From: Chrysomallon squamiferum | Lineage: Eukaryota; Animalia; Mollusca | Direction: 5' to 3' | Assembly: GCA_012295275.1 (NCBI GenBank) | Contig: CM022678.1 | Span: forward strand, 5,766,001 to 5,830,000 | Length of the DNA stretch: 64,000 bases | Part shown: one piece after another, positions 28,050-43,380 of the stretch | Numbering within the stretch: the first letter of the stretch is position 1 | Layout: each line of letters starts with the position of its first letter | Position numbers and translations under genes: made by a program | Notes under the pieces: generated by a model | Told to the model about the DNA's origin: nothing | What the model saw: the letters and a program-made list of their open reading frames with translations, nothing else | Database searches by the model: none

Positions 28050-28730
28050 ATAGGGGAAAACTTACTATGCACAGAGCTGCCTTTTTTTGTTTTTCATTTG
28101 GGGCTGTTTTAAACATCTCTTTCTTAAAGTGGAAAGTCTTGAAAGGAACTGTTCTTTTTCCAGTTTTAAAATCTTTTACATATTTTTTAATTTCTTTAAA
28201 TAGGGATATTGTAGCATTTTCAGTTAGCAGGCAAATAAAAAAATGTTCATGTTTTTTTCAGGTAAAGGAGGGGAATACCTTATAGTTCCAAGGAATCTTT
28301 TTACATATACTTTCCTATATAGAGGAAAAATTACCACATAGTGAGATCTTCTTTTTCAAATGGCAGCAAGGAATCTTTTTTTTTATACACTGTCCTGTAA
28401 AGTGAATTGCTCTTTTTCATATCAAGGATTTTATATGCACGCATGCACATTCACACAATATTTGTAAACACGAAGGTTTTCTTTTCAGTGAGCTGTTCTT
28501 TTCTGAATAGCAGCAAGATCTCTTTTCTGTATTTTTTCCTATAAAGATGAAAGTTCACCAAGCAATTACTGGTTCTTTATAAAATGTAGTTTCAAGGGTT
28601 ATTTTTATATTTTCAAATGAAGGGGATTATTTTCAAATGAATGGGAAATCTTAACATCCGGTGGTCTGTTTTTATTCTATTTTTTTCATCTGATCAGCAA
28701 GAATTCTTTTACATACATATTCCTATCAAC
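28050..28730. repeat. Degenerate tandem array of the SINE-like core segment
   Basis: GAG(C/A)T..TCTTTT..AAT(A/G)GCAGCAAG(G)AATCTTTT..ATAC...TTCCTAT recurs at ~28288, 28343, 28420, 28489 and 28692. Confidence 0.55.
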
Positions 28731-29119
28731 CAAAAAAAAAAAAAAAATGCGTTCTGTGCAATAAGTTGCTATTTTGTTCAAGTAATGAAGACAAATGAGC
28801 TACAATAAAAATAAAAAAAACACATAAAAAGAAATGTGTTTTAAAATACACACAAAATAACCAAAAGAAAATACTACTAATAACGTTGGAAACATTAAAT
28901 GAAACAGAAATCTAAATCTAAAACTGCTGCAGTAATCTGCACAAAGACTGACATATGCTATTTTCTTTTACAACTAGTGTTAGCTGTGTTTATACCTGTC
29001 CCAGCTGTCACTCTTCCACAGCTGTTTTTCAGACACTTTGCTTGTAACCTAACACAGTGTGTTTCAGCAAGTAATATTAATGTTTTCATATCGATCCATT
29101 TGGTGTTTTGTGTTTACGT

Positions 29120-29475
29120 TTTTTTAAACATACTGTTGTCTGGTTCTTTTCGAAATCCAGGTACCGTTTTGTTTTGTTTTTTGTTTTTTTTAGATTTTTA
29201 AACATATTGTTGTCAGATCCGTTTCCAGATCCATCTTGTTCCAGATTTTATTATTATTATTTTTGTTTCTTTTAAATGCATTGTTGTCAAATCTGTTTAA
29301 AAATTCATCTCATTCTAAGTTTTTTTTTTTTTTTTTTTTTTTTTTTTGTTAAAATGTATTGTTGTTAGATCCATTTGAAAATCCATCTCACTCCAGGTTT
29401 TGTTTTTCTTATTTTTATTTTTTAATTTTTTTAAAATATTGTTCTTAGATCCATTTCAAAATGAATCTCAGGACT
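29120..29475. repeat. Five ~50-bp cores separated by variable T-rich linkers
   Basis: AAA..TATTGTTGT(C/T)AGATCC(A/G)TTT.AAAATCCATCTCA.TCCAG at ~29126, 29199, 29274, 29350 and 29433. Confidence 0.75.
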
Positions 29476-29497
29476 TTTATTATTATTATTATTATTA

Positions 29498-29530
<33 letters not shown>

Positions 29531-29666
29531 TTTTTAAATCATATTGTTGTTTGGTTATAATATTTTAAGCAAGGTGGTTTTCATGATTGCAGTGGATGTT
29601 TTCAAAATTTGGAGATGTAACAGTTTAATATTTTGGTGTATTTCACAAAAAAATTTTTTTAATTTA

Positions 29667-29723
<57 letters not shown>

Positions 29724-30657
29724 TATTATTGTTGGTTTGTTTTTGTTCTTTTTGTCAGTTTTCTGCAGGTTTTTTATTATTTTTTTTTTTTATTAGTTTT
29801 TGTTTTGTTGGTTTATGAGCAGTTTTTTTTTTTCTTGTTTTTATTTTTTTCCTGGTTCTGTATAGTTCTCTAGTTTTTCTTGTCTTTTAAAATAATAAAT
29901 AAACAAATAAAAAAAAAAAAAAAAAAAAAAAAAACAGAAATGACAATAATATGGAATATTTATTGCTGATTTTTATTTTTATTTCTATAATTTCTGCAGT
30001 TCAGATTATGTAAATATCTGCAGACCACCTTAAAATGTTAATTTTTTATTTTAATTTTATTTTGATTAGTTTTTAATTTTTATTACAAAAAAAAAAAGAA
30101 GAAACTTTAATCTTTATTCAGCAGCTTTATCAAAATGGCAGAATAATGTGCATTTTAACCCAGCATATAAACATTTTTTAATTATAAAGTTTGAATTTAT
30201 ATATATATATAAAAAAAATCTGTCTGTTAATAGAAATATACTCAGTCAACTTTATTTATGCCTATGTATTATTTAGATAGTTAGGAAATAATTTTATTAA
30301 GAGACATGTCAAAACAAAAGTTAGTATCTTTTTTTTTTAAATTGTTACAAAATTTTTTTTACCTTCTGAAATAAACATGGTGAACTGCTTGATAGGTTGG
30401 CAAAGCAATTTAAAATTTATTTTAAAAATACGAACAGTGATTTTTGCAAATATCTTTGAAAACTTCTGTATAATGGATTAGTTTGTGTGAGTGTGTTTCT
30501 ATACTTATATGTATGTGAAACAAAATATTTATTTTTGTTTTTAGTTTTTTTTTTTTTTTTTGTTTTGTTTTGTTTATTTTTTTCGATTTATCCAATTTTA
30601 TCATCATCATCATCATCATTATAATTATTTTTATATTTTTGTTTTGATATATATATT

Positions 30658-30695
<38 letters not shown>

Positions 30696-31143
30696 AAATA
30701 TAAAACCATAATACTAATAATAAACAACCTTGTTAATATAAACATTTATGAAACTTTTTTATAATTTTCTTATTTTGCTGTGTTTATATATCATGCAAAA
30801 TGTTCAGTTTTTGCCAGTAACACTTATTTTTTTTTTTTATCAAATGTTTCCATCTTTCAAATAAATGTGTGATGTGTTTTTGACATTAAAATGTTTAGAC
30901 ATCCTTTTTTTTTTCAAGTTGTTCACACAAATAGTTTTACCAGTAAAATTAATAAATACTTTTTCCCTCCCTTCATTTTATATGTTGTCAATTTGTGCCA
31001 ATTATTCAACAATTTTTCTTAATTATCATGTGATATATTAGTGCTATTAAAATTTCTTTTTGTCTACTTACTGGTTTTATTTTATTTTCTTCTTCTTATT
31101 ATTTTATCTAATCTTCTTTCCTTCCATGAGATAACTTAGGCCA

Positions 31144-31174
<31 letters not shown>

Positions 31175-31545
31175 TAATTTTTTTAAATATTATTTTATCT
31201 ACAATTCCCATCTATCATTTAATTGTGGTATATTTTTGGTAATAAAATTTCTTTTTTTAACTATTTTATCAAATTTTCTTTACATCTGTAATAACTTATC
31301 AGTTTTGTCAATCATTTTATCTGTTTTTTACCCCACCTGGCAAGTAACTGTGATAAATCTAATTTATCTGATTTTTTTTTTTTTCTTCCAATATAAATCT
31401 GATCAGTTTTTGCTAATATGTTCTTTTAAATTTGTTTTATATATATATATATATATTTATTTTATTTTTAATGTTTTTTATATTTTATTTTTTCTGTCTT
31501 TCTTTCATTTCATTTCATTTTTTATTATTTATTATTATTATTATG

Positions 31546-31601
<56 letters not shown>

Positions 31602-32123
31602 TCTTTTAAATTTAAATTTCTATCTTTTTTTTTTCTTCTTTTCTTCTTCTTTTTTTTTTATTTATTTTTTTTTTTTTTTTTCTATCCATCATATAACTTA
31701 GGTCAGTATTTATGCAGCGGCCAAAAAATATTTTTTACTCTAGTAGTCTGTCCATCACAGAGATAAATTTAATTGAAGCTGGTAAGGATGACATCATTCA
31801 AACCATTTACTGAATAAACCCTTCCATAGTTTTGATATGTAAATAAGAAGTGTCTGGTGCATGCTGTATTTGTTTTCTCTCTCGCTTACAAGTATATTCA
31901 ATTTGAAGTGACTCTAAAGATGACAGCTTTTCAGTTGTTTTAACAATAAACAGTTTCACAGTCTGTGTACATATTTACATACACACTTATTTACATATTT
32001 GTATATATATAACATTTGTTTGAATGAATGCATAGAAGTATACATACATGCATGCATATATACATAAATATACAGTTACATATACATACATACATACATA
32101 CATACATACATACATAGATACAT

Positions 32124-32175
<52 letters not shown>

Positions 32176-32511
32176 CTTTCATTTTTAATAAATCAATGAT
32201 CTGAAAATTCTGCCAACATTCATTAATTTCTTTATTCATACGTGTTAATTTTCTATTCTTATTTTGCCTGTGAATATTTGTTTTACTTCAGTCCTACTTT
32301 AATGATTAAACAATCACAAACACACACATACAGACACACACACACACACACACACATTCTCACACCTGCTCATTCATTCATTCATAAAGTCATCTTTTTT
32401 TTCATCATACATTTACTTCATTCTGACAATAAGAATTCCTTCATTCCTTCCTTCCTACATTCATTCATTCTTCTTCATATCCCATTCCATCTTTTCATTC
32501 TAAAATACATA

Positions 32512-32542
<31 letters not shown>

Positions 32543-32914
32543 CTAATTACTACACTGAAATTAATCTTTATCGAATCGTGTTCCTGTTTCCCTCATAAAC
32601 ACCGGAACACCTCACATTTAGCCCTGCCTACCTTTTTGCCTCAGCATCGCCGATGTTATCAGCGTCTACATTAACACTGGCGTACATCACCTTGTGTCTG
32701 TTTAGATGGGTTAATCTGTGCTCGAGGCTGGACAGATAGCATCAAAGAGTTCATTAAAGGGAGGTAACATGTTCCTTGTTAGCATCTGTCATGTTCGGTA
32801 AACAGTGACATTGGCGTAGAGTTCTGTCAGAGAATGAGTGATAAACAGATTGTGTGGCGATGGAAGTAAATTCTTGTTTTTTTTTCTTCTGTTTTTTTCT
32901 TCTAGATTTAGATT

Positions 32915-32946
<32 letters not shown>

Positions 32947-35900
32947 GGAACAAAACTTGATGAATCCTGATAGTGTTAAAAGTTGAAGGAGAAAGTTGTT
33001 TTTATTTCTTTCTTTTTGGATAAAATAAGAATGTTTTTGCTCACTCACACATGCACGCACATACACAGACATAAACACACACAAACAAACAAACACATCC
33101 CTAAACACATGAAAATCCCCACTCACATGCATCACAGTAAAAAGGAAAAAAAAAAAGAAAAGAAGAAGAAGAAAATACATTCATATTTGTTAATAGACAC
33201 ACTGTTGATGTTGGTAAATAATTTGACTGAATATTTGTGATTTATAAAAACTAAATGTTCGCAGTTACTCCTTGTGCATGGTTATAAAAGCTAAATAAAT
33301 AAAAAATAAATATTCTTCTTTTTATATCACAGAAGCTGCTAAAAACACATGTGGGTTCTTTCTGGATGTACATGATGTTTTGTTAATGCTACACGTAAAT
33401 TAATAATTTACCAAAATTCCCTTGTCAGATATTTGACTAGAATTAAAACTGGTCTGTTGAAAACAGAATTACATTTCTTCAAAATGTCAAACATATAATC
33501 CATGCAAATTTTCTTTTGTATTATATAAATCTTTTGTATTTTTCACGGTCATCTAGTCATGAATTTATTATCAGTGTAAGTTACAGTTTTGTTAACTTGA
33601 ATTAAAAATTTAGTATGTTAGAACAATACAGGTATTGTTTATGATGTCACTGAATATTAAAATTCTGTTTACTGGTTGGAATATAAGGTGACTTTGTGGT
33701 TCTAAAGCATGTATTTTTAAGTAAAATGTATATGCATCATATTGCACAATATGTATTGGCATTTTTTTATTTAATATAGAAAAAAGTATTTATTGTGAGT
33801 CTCTTAATTTCTCTGTCTCATGCTATCATTCTGTTGCTCTCTCTCTGTATCTTTGTTTCACTTTCTTTCTTGCTCTGTCTGTTTCTAGAAGTTTATCTCT
33901 CTCTCTTTCTCTCTATCTCTAATTACATACCTTTTTCATCCCCTAATTTGTCTTTGTCTTTCTTTCTCTCTATCTTTTCTGATTATACTCCTCTTTCATC
34001 CATTTTCATTCCCTCTCTCTCTCTGTTTATCTCTCACTCTATCTCATTACATTTCTTTTTCATTTAACGTCTGTCTTTTCTTTTCTTTTTCTTTCAGCTA
34101 CTTTCTCTTTTAATTTCTCCAGCACTCTTTTCTTCTTTTTTTTCTCCTTTTCCTGTTTTCCATCTTACATCTCTTATCCTAATTGTTAATATTATCTTAC
34201 TATCATTTGTTATAAATTATGGCTCTTGCCAAGTTGATCTGTTATGTTTAATGAAGAATATCTTGCATTCTTTTCAATTTTTTTTAGTACTTTTAAACTG
34301 AAATATATTTCTTGAACTTTCTTTTGTCTCTCAATTGCTCCTTGCATTTCTTTTTCATTTGCCAGATTTGTCTTTCTCTTTTTTCTTCCTCTGTTTTTGA
34401 ATCTCTCTTTTCTCTGTACAGACATTTTTCATTACCTTTAATTCTCTCTCTCTTTCTTCTTTTTCATCTGTTTTTTCTTGTTTGTTTTTTTTTTTTTTTT
34501 TTTTTCGTACAACTCTTTTCTCTTTTTACTTTTCTGTCTCTTTGTTTCCTATCTTTCCTTTCTGTCTCTTTCATCTAGATCATTAATATTTTCTTTCTAT
34601 CATAAGTTATAAAATATTGTTCTTGCAGAGGTTTAAAATCTGATAGTTTTTTTTTTTAACAGAACTGCCATCTTAAACTAATTAAAAACTGTTTAGTTAA
34701 AAATATATATCATAAATGTTTGTTTTTTTAATTTCCTAAAAAAAAAAAAAATATTTTACCTGAAATATACTTCTGAAGTATATATGACTGATTCATTATA
34801 TCAAGAATATCTCAGATTTTTCAGTTATTCTGTATTTTTCTTTACATTTTTTTCTCAACTATATGAATTTTATATTTTATGAATAATATCAGAAATTTCT
34901 TTAAAATCTTAATTTTTTTTTATATTTTTTTGTTATTTTCTATAAAGTCTAAGTTCCTTGCTTCAAATTGAATCCAGGATGAGTTCATGCATGAGTCATG
35001 ACAAACATAGAAAGATTTAACTTCAGCTGATTGGCAGGAAAGGCAAAAAAAAAAAAAAAAAAAAAAACCCCACAGAAATGCTTCATGCAGACTTCAGATG
35101 AAATCTTCCACTGAGTATTTTGTGATATTCACACTCCTATAAATATTGCATGAGCTATTCATATGCATTTTGTTGAAGGATAGACAAATGGGAGAGAGAT
35201 GAACAGATGGATGGATGGATGGATGAATAAACGGATAGGGGATGTTCTTTTCATCACTGTTGGACAGAGAGATGAGAAGAGGAATGAATGAATAGAGATG
35301 GATGGTTGAATTTATAAATGGACGATTGACTATAGATTTATGGATGGTTGGACTGTATAGACATACAGGTAGACTTACGGTTGTATTCATTGATTTATGG
35401 ATAAATGTATGGGCAACTTTATATATTTATGAACAGATTGATGGTTGAATTTGTACATATATGAATAGATGGATGGTTTTAATTTATAGAGAAATGGATA
35501 GATGGCTGGTATTACAGAAGGACAGAAAAATGGATGATTACATCTGTGAATGTTTTTGTAAAGAATGCATGAATGTTTAATTTCAACACACTGAAATATT
35601 AACCAACAGTTGGAATGATGATTACATTCACTATTATCAAATGGAAAAGGGAATTTGCGTCTGCTGTCCTGTGAGTTACTCTAATCAATTAGCAGAACAT
35701 TTTCTTTTGTGTCCACCTTCCCATAAACATTAAAAGACACCTTAAACTAGCTGTAATACAACAAATATTATGTACTGGAACGTTCGTAAATCTGTTATAA
35801 GACTGTGGTCGGAATGGGAAATACTGTGTTAGATAGCATAACAAGGATTGACTCTGTGATCCTTCTGTGTGCTGTAACCTGTATATTACACTGCACACTT

Positions 35901-36012
35901 TATTCTGTTACTGATACTGTAACCATCTGTTTGTGTAACAAGATTGAGGAGCTGTGTAAAAACAATATTTAACATGGAAAATTATTCTCTCTTTCTCTCT
36001 CTCGCTAACTAT

Positions 36013-36053
<41 letters not shown>

Positions 36054-36619
36054 AAAAAATAATAATAATAAATAAATATCCCCAAGAAAACACAAACAGA
36101 AACAGACTTATGAAGTTAAAAAAATAAAAAATAATAAAAAAACAAAACAACAATTTCCACCCATGCAAAACACAATATCCAATTCACATTGGTATATGCA
36201 GCAATTTCATTAGCTTCCCTCTTTATTATTTAGCATCATAATACAAGGATAATTGTAAGAAAACACAGCCTGACTATAAACATGGCACATTTATTGACTA
36301 ATATCATCCAGGTCTGCTAGTTCCAAATGGGAAAAGCAGACGCAGCAGATGGTAATGAAAACATGCATTCTGCAGACATCTGAAGATGTGGACAAGTTTC
36401 ACTTGTTCAGGTATGGTTGTCCAGGGCATGATTTTGCTGCTAGAGTGTTATTTTAAATGGATATATGTAATTATATGTATATATATATATAAAACAGGTT
36501 TAGCAGTTAGATAATGAAAAGCATGTTTGAGAAGATGGTACTAATTCAGAGTACTTTTAATTGATTTACATTCTTTGCACTACAGCTACTTTGGTTTCTG
36601 CTGTTCTTGTTATTATTAC

Positions 36620-36744
36620 ACCACTACCACCATTACCACTGCTACCATCACCACTATTACTACTACTACTACTACTACTATTACTTCTTATCTTACTACT
36701 ACTATTACTACCATTACTATTACAACTGCAAATAGTATTGCCAT

Positions 36745-36782
<38 letters not shown>

Positions 36783-37126
36783 TTAGTACTATTACAACAT
36801 CTACCACTACTAGAACTACAACTATTATTAGTACTACTACTACTACTACTACTATTATTAGTACTATTACCATATCTACCGCTACTAGAACTACAACTAT
36901 TATTAGTACTACAACTATTATTAGTACTACTACTACTACTACTACTATTATTATATACCGCTACTAGAACTACAACTATTATTAGTACTACTATTACTAC
37001 TACTACAACTACTACTACTATTATTAGTACTATTACAACATGTACCACTACTAAAACTACAACTATTATTACTACCACTACTATTATTTCTACTACTACT
37101 TCTTCTGTAACTGCTAGAATTACTGA

Positions 37127-37159
<33 letters not shown>

Positions 37160-37180
37160 AACTTCACAAACCTACTATTA
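36620..37180. repeat. Compound (ACT)n microsatellite with a higher-order ~70-bp unit
   Basis: ACTATTATTAGTACTATTAC.A.ATCTACC.CTACTAGAACTACA repeated within ACT runs. Confidence 0.9.
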
Positions 37181-37219
37181 ATAATACATAACAAAAACTT
37201 TTTGAGTCAAAAAAAATAT

Positions 37220-37254
<35 letters not shown>

Positions 37255-37498
37255 GTGTTAGGAAATAAAATGCTAGCTGACCTCCACAGAGATTACGTAA
37301 ATACTTCACAATCAAGAGTTTCATGTTATGACAGTGAGACAGACAAAAAAACAATGCTAATCTGAGAGCCTGCCTGCCAGTTTCTTTACTTATCTCTATC
37401 AAAAGCAGTATGGCGTTACACAGAAAATTTGTACGTCTGCCATTAAACAGGTTTTTAATGTGTAGGGGAAATGTTTTTGAAATTGTTGGCTGTTGTTT

Positions 37499-37530
<32 letters not shown>

Positions 37531-38949
37531 GATATGCAGAGAGAGAGTCAGGTGAGATTAATAGTTTATTGCAGATAATGTTCAAAGGTCATGTTTTTTT
37601 TTTTTTTTTTTTTTTATAAATAAAATCAATTTAGATTTTTTTATTTGCTGGTGTTGATGTTTGTTTTATAGATTTTGTGTGTGTGTGTGTGTGTGTTATA
37701 TAGTTATATGTTTTTATGTTTGAAAGTAAGTAACTTTCAGTGTGTATTTTACCAGTGTGTTTGTCTGTGTCAGGTTATCTTGATGGACAAATCTTTGCCC
37801 GTGCATTCCCAAATATTGTTTAATGTGCAGAGTCTAATCAGACGTACCCAAGACAGAATCCTAAAAAATAAACATCTACACAAATATACATGCATATACA
37901 CACACAAATACATACATACATACATACATACATACATACATACATACATGTAGAGAAAAAATGCATATTCTTTATCTTAGAACACGTTACGCTAATGTTT
38001 TCATAAACGTTGTTGATTTTTTTCTTATATTTCTCTCTTCTGTTATAATTGGTCAACCATCTGCTGGCTTTCTGAAGGCGTACACAAAACATAAAGTTGT
38101 TAAATGTTTGATTTAATGAGCAGAATGTGACTGGATTCACGCCAAAGTGTTTAGTTTCACCTGTTAATAACTTTATTTTCAGTCATAATACAATTTTGTA
38201 TATTTTTTTTTTTTTTTTTTTTTTATCCTTTGTTTTGTAAATAAATATGTTTAAAATTATAGGAAAAGAAAGACTGTGAAGAAAAAAAAAAAGAAAAAAA
38301 AAAAAAAAAAAAGGATTGTTTTTCATTTTATGATAGGAACTCACGATTGTGTTTTTGTTTGTGAAATTTAATTATCTTCTGTTTTCTTTTTCTTCCTCCC
38401 TACTTTTGTCTTTGGGTGTTTTTTTCTTTTTTCTTATTCTGATATTTGATACAAAAAAAAAAAGAAGAAAAAAAAAGTTAATCACCTATAATTACAGATA
38501 GAAACAATCTTGATTAATACTTAAAGATATACATATATACACCTAATCTATTACAACACACACACACACACACACACACACACTGAATTACCTGGTTTAC
38601 ATATAAGTGTTTACATANGTGTGTGTACTTGTTTAGGTGTATGTGCACACATACATACACCTGATTTACCTGAAAGCACACACACAAACACCTGGTTTGC
38701 CAGCGACCAAACATTAACACACCTATGATTACCTTCTGACCTGTTCAGGTGCAGATAACATCTGTGAAAATCTTTTCATGATGGTGCAGCGTTCTTGGTA
38801 ACCTTGTCTGACACTATTTTGGTAGCTCTTAGATTTTTTAGTGGTTCCTCGAGCCAGTTCCCTAATGTCCCTGGTTTATAGTTGTTTTATAATACTTCCT
38901 ACCTACCGCAATACTTTTTACTCCCCGTTTACAACAGTCTCAGTACCTT

Positions 38950-40002
38950 CTGTAATGTTTTCTGTCAGTCAGCTTTTGATTCTTTAAAGCCAGCTTGTAT
39001 GGGTTTTTTTTTTTTGCAGACAGATCACCAAGATCTTAAATCTTTTTATTAATATTATTTTTATTTTTTGTTAAAGATGTTTTCTAATTCGTCTTATATT
39101 TTTTGTCAAGCAGAGTTTAATTTTTAATTTTTTAATTTTTTAATTTTTTTTATTTTTTATTTTTTTTTTTTTTTTTTTTTTCTTTTTCATTTTTAGTTTT
39201 TTGGCCTCAAGTTAATATTTATGACAACTAAACTTTGATGAATCTTAAGAAGCCCACTTCCAAATATTTTTTTCTTTCTTTTTTTATCTGTTATTTTTTT
39301 TTCTTTCTTCTCAGAGATTCTGTCTAACTATTACAACATTTTCTGTCAACTAGACCTTAAATAATAAAATCCACTATCAGATGTGTTTTTTTTAACAGAT
39401 GTTGCACATTTCTTTCAGTATTTGCTGTTGACAGGAATTTTAATCTTTTTGCACTCACTGGATTTTTTTCTTTCACATGATTTTCTGTCAAAAAGAATTT
39501 GAATGTTAAAATTCTTATTTCAGTTTATTTTCTTTTATTTTTACTCATTTATTTATTTATTTTTCTTCAGATTGTTTGTTTTTTGTTTGTTGAGATATTA
39601 CTCATATCAGTTAATATTTTCAACTGAGTGATTTTAAATCTATATAAATCTGCTTCTTATTTTTCACAAACACTTGATCCTTCATATATTATTTTCTTTT
39701 GATCAGAATTAATATCTTTTAAACATCCATTTCCATTTTTTTTTTTTTTTAAAGAAGTGCTGTGTACACCATCCAGTATTGATTCATCCATTAGACTTTA
39801 AATCTTTATACATTCACTTCATTTTATATACAGACACTGCTTACTTCACTCTTTTGACAAAATGTTTTATATTTTTTCACACCTTTTCAAATTTTTTTTT
39901 TACCTAATTCATATATTTTCTACCAAACAGAATTTGATTTTTGAACTGGAACTTCTATTATTATTATTTTATTTTATTTTTCGGTTTTTTATAATTTATA
40001 AT

Positions 40003-40037
<35 letters not shown>

Positions 40038-40420
40038 TATTTTATTTTAGTTTAGTTTAGTTTATTCATATATATTTTTTTGCATGTTTTCCTTACATTA
40101 TTCCCAAACAAGCAGAGAAGATTAAATTTATAAATTTAAATATTAATATATAAACTCAGTTTTTTTTTTTTTTTTTTTGGTTCTTTTGTTTGACACAACT
40201 ATCTCCTTTTAATATTTCCTACTGACCATATCATTTTTCATCTTTTTAAAATTTATTTATTTTTTTTTTTTTTTTTTTTTTTTTATTATTATTATTATTT
40301 TTTAACTGTGTCATTCAGTATTTTCTCTGCGAACCAGACTTTAAAACTTAACACGCATTTCCTGTTTTATTTCTACATCCACGTAATCAGTATTCTCTAC
40401 TGATCATATGTCAGAATGTT
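38950..40420. repeat. Very old degenerate tandem array
   Basis: TTTTCTGTCAA..AGA.TTTAAATCT...A.(T/C)CACTTC-like motif recurs about 12 times (e.g. ~38958, 39100, 39340, 39481, 39790, 39916, 40321). Confidence 0.5.
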
Positions 40421-42549
40421 TTTTTAGAAGAAATTTCCAGAGGAAAAGACATTTCTTATTATTTTGTTTGTTTTGTCTGTTTTTGGATTATTTTTGATAT
40501 ATATATATATCAGAAATAATCCAAAAGCTTTGGATAACGTAAATGAAGTCAGAAGTATTTGTAAAAAAAAATAATATATATACGCACATATATAAACCTG
40601 TATGTATAGATAGGCAGATACAAAATTATTTAATATATATGTATATAGATATGTATATTTTAAACAATTATTTTTTAAGACATGCAGATTTTGTCTCATC
40701 CTGTATTTTTCTTTCTTATAATCTAACTTTGTATCTATCTATCTGCCTATCTATACATTCACAAGTTTATATATATATATATACATACATATATATATAT
40801 ATATATTTTTTTTTTTTTATTATTTATTTAGTTACATTTTTTTTAACAAATACTTCTCACTGCATTCCGTTTTTTTTATTATCCAAACTTTACATATACA
40901 CAAACTTGCTTTATATCAACTCTTGCTAAATAATCTACCATTTTTTTTATTTATTTTTTAAAGCTTATTTCCTCCCTCATACAACATTTTCTTTGTTGTT
41001 GCCAGGATCTCATATCTTTTTTTTTATAATTTTCACCTTCAACTTTCTGAAACCATTTCTCTGTTCCATAATTTTTTTTTATTATTATTATTTTTTTAAC
41101 CCATATACCTCATTTCATTTATCATATTCAGCTGTTTTTAACAAAAAAAAAATTCTGACAAAATTTTATTGCAACCACATTAGCTTTTCACTGCAGAAAA
41201 CATCTTACCAGTTACAAAAAAGAAAAAACACAAATTTTTATATCTGTTTTCAAACTTTTCCTTGTTATCAAACTTTTGCCCAATTCATTTTGTTTTATTT
41301 TCTTAACTTCATTTTTAATTATGCAGAAGGTATTCATTATTTTGACTATTCTCATCATCATCATAAGATCATCATACCATCAGTATTATCATCATAACTG
41401 TCATCACTAACATCATCATCAATCAGCACTATCAGCACTATCATAATCACTTTTGTATCATCATAATCATTATCACCATTGTTATTATCAATATAATACC
41501 TTCATCACAGTCATCATCATCATCATCATCATTATCAGCACCATCATCATCGTTATATCTACCTGCATCACTTTAAAAGATAAATTACCCAAGATGAAAA
41601 ATGAAGTTACTACTTTGTCCTTCATTAAAACTTTTCTCGTAAAGATATCTGTTGGGTATTAAAATATTTACTTCTGTCTGTGGTAAGGTTTTCAAGGCAG
41701 TAATAAATGTTATAACTTCAGATGTTCAGATGAATAACGACTTTGAGGAATTTGAAGAAGAAAAAACTTTGCCAGTAAAAATTTGATTTTTTTTTTACCT
41801 ACAAGGTACTGCAGCCAGTGTTGATGCAGAAATAATTTCAGATTTAAAGATTAGTATTTTTTTTTTTTTTAAATTGCATGAAAAGATGATTAAAAGTTTG
41901 TATGATTGTGCTTGCTTGTATTTGAAAAATATATAAAATGAAGTTGGCAATGATGATGATGATGATGGTAGTGGTGGTGGTCATGGTAATGATGATGGTG
42001 ACGTTAATTGTAATTTTTTGTAACTAGGTGATGACGATGATGATGGTGTTGCTAATGATAGTGGCAGTGTTTTTGTAATTTTCATATTTTTTTATGATTT
42101 AAGACATGCAATAAAGTAGCTGATGATGATGATGATGATGATGATAATCATGTTAATGTTATTTCCTTATTCCTGTTCATACACGAAAGCAGAAAATAAC
42201 ACCAGTGATGACTGTGACATTTGTTTCTTCCTGCATTTAAGAAAAAAAAAAAAAAAAACTTCAGTAACAACATCCATCTATCCATCCATCTCTATATCTA
42301 TCTATCTGTGTGTCTGTCTGTTCCAGTATAAATTTGAAGAAAATCACGGGCACTTTTCACAGGATCTGAATCGTTTGGCATTAAATCAGCAGAGACTGGT
42401 TCCATCTTGTGTAAACAGAAGGTTTAACTTACGTACAGAGGGGGTCTACCATTTGGAAAAAATTATCTTGTACATCATTCTCTCATATCAGAATAATTGT
42501 GAAGGCTTAACTTGTTTTTCTCCTACTCTTTTCTGCTTAAGCTGGCGAA

Positions 42550-42581
<32 letters not shown>

Positions 42582-42706
42582 AAAAAAATACCCCGTTTCA
42601 TAAGGTTTTAAAGGAATATTCAATCAACAGATAATAATTAGTTTTCAGCTGATGAAATTTGCTTGCCTAGCGTGGGCAGTTGTTTCTAATTTGCTGTTGG
42701 TTTGAC

Positions 42707-42786
<80 letters not shown>

Positions 42787-43229
42787 ATAAAAGTGTTCAG
42801 TTGTTGTCGTTTTTTCTTTCATTCACAGTCCATTTATCTCTCCTGTTTTTCCTGTTTTTCCTGTTTTTCCCTCTGTCTGTGTATTAATGTTTATCTTTCT
42901 TTCCAGCTTTTCATCTGAGTCACTTTGTTGCTTATTTTATTCCAGTCTTTTATTTAGTCTTTCTCTCTCTCTCTCTCTCTCTCCTGTTTATTTTTCTCTT
43001 TTCTCACTTTCTCTTTCTTGCTGATTCACTGTGTATTTGATGCTGTGGCCCGAATACCAGTGATAATTTTTATAGTGTAATTTCTATTTAATTTACATTA
43101 ATTTTATTACATTAAATTACATTGCTTTACATTATTTTGTTTTTAATAATTTTTTGTTTTTTTTTTTTTATTTTGTTTTTTATTTATTTATTTTTTTATT
43201 TTTTTTATTAATTTTAATGTTGAAAGTGA

Positions 43230-43247
43230 TATTTTTATTATTATTAC

Positions 43248-43285
<38 letters not shown>

Positions 43286-43300
43286 TATTATTATACATTA

Positions 43301-43342
<42 letters not shown>

Positions 43343-43380
43343 TATTGTTATTTATTATTATTTATTATTTATTATTATTA

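Noticed and set aside
36561-37181. Thr-, Leu- and Ser-rich ORFs resembling a mucin or membrane protein
   Set aside because: They are translations of an (ACT)n compound microsatellite that is open in several frames on both strands.
38618-38618. Single N base
   Set aside because: Assembly ambiguity with no biological signal. It may mark a small gap.
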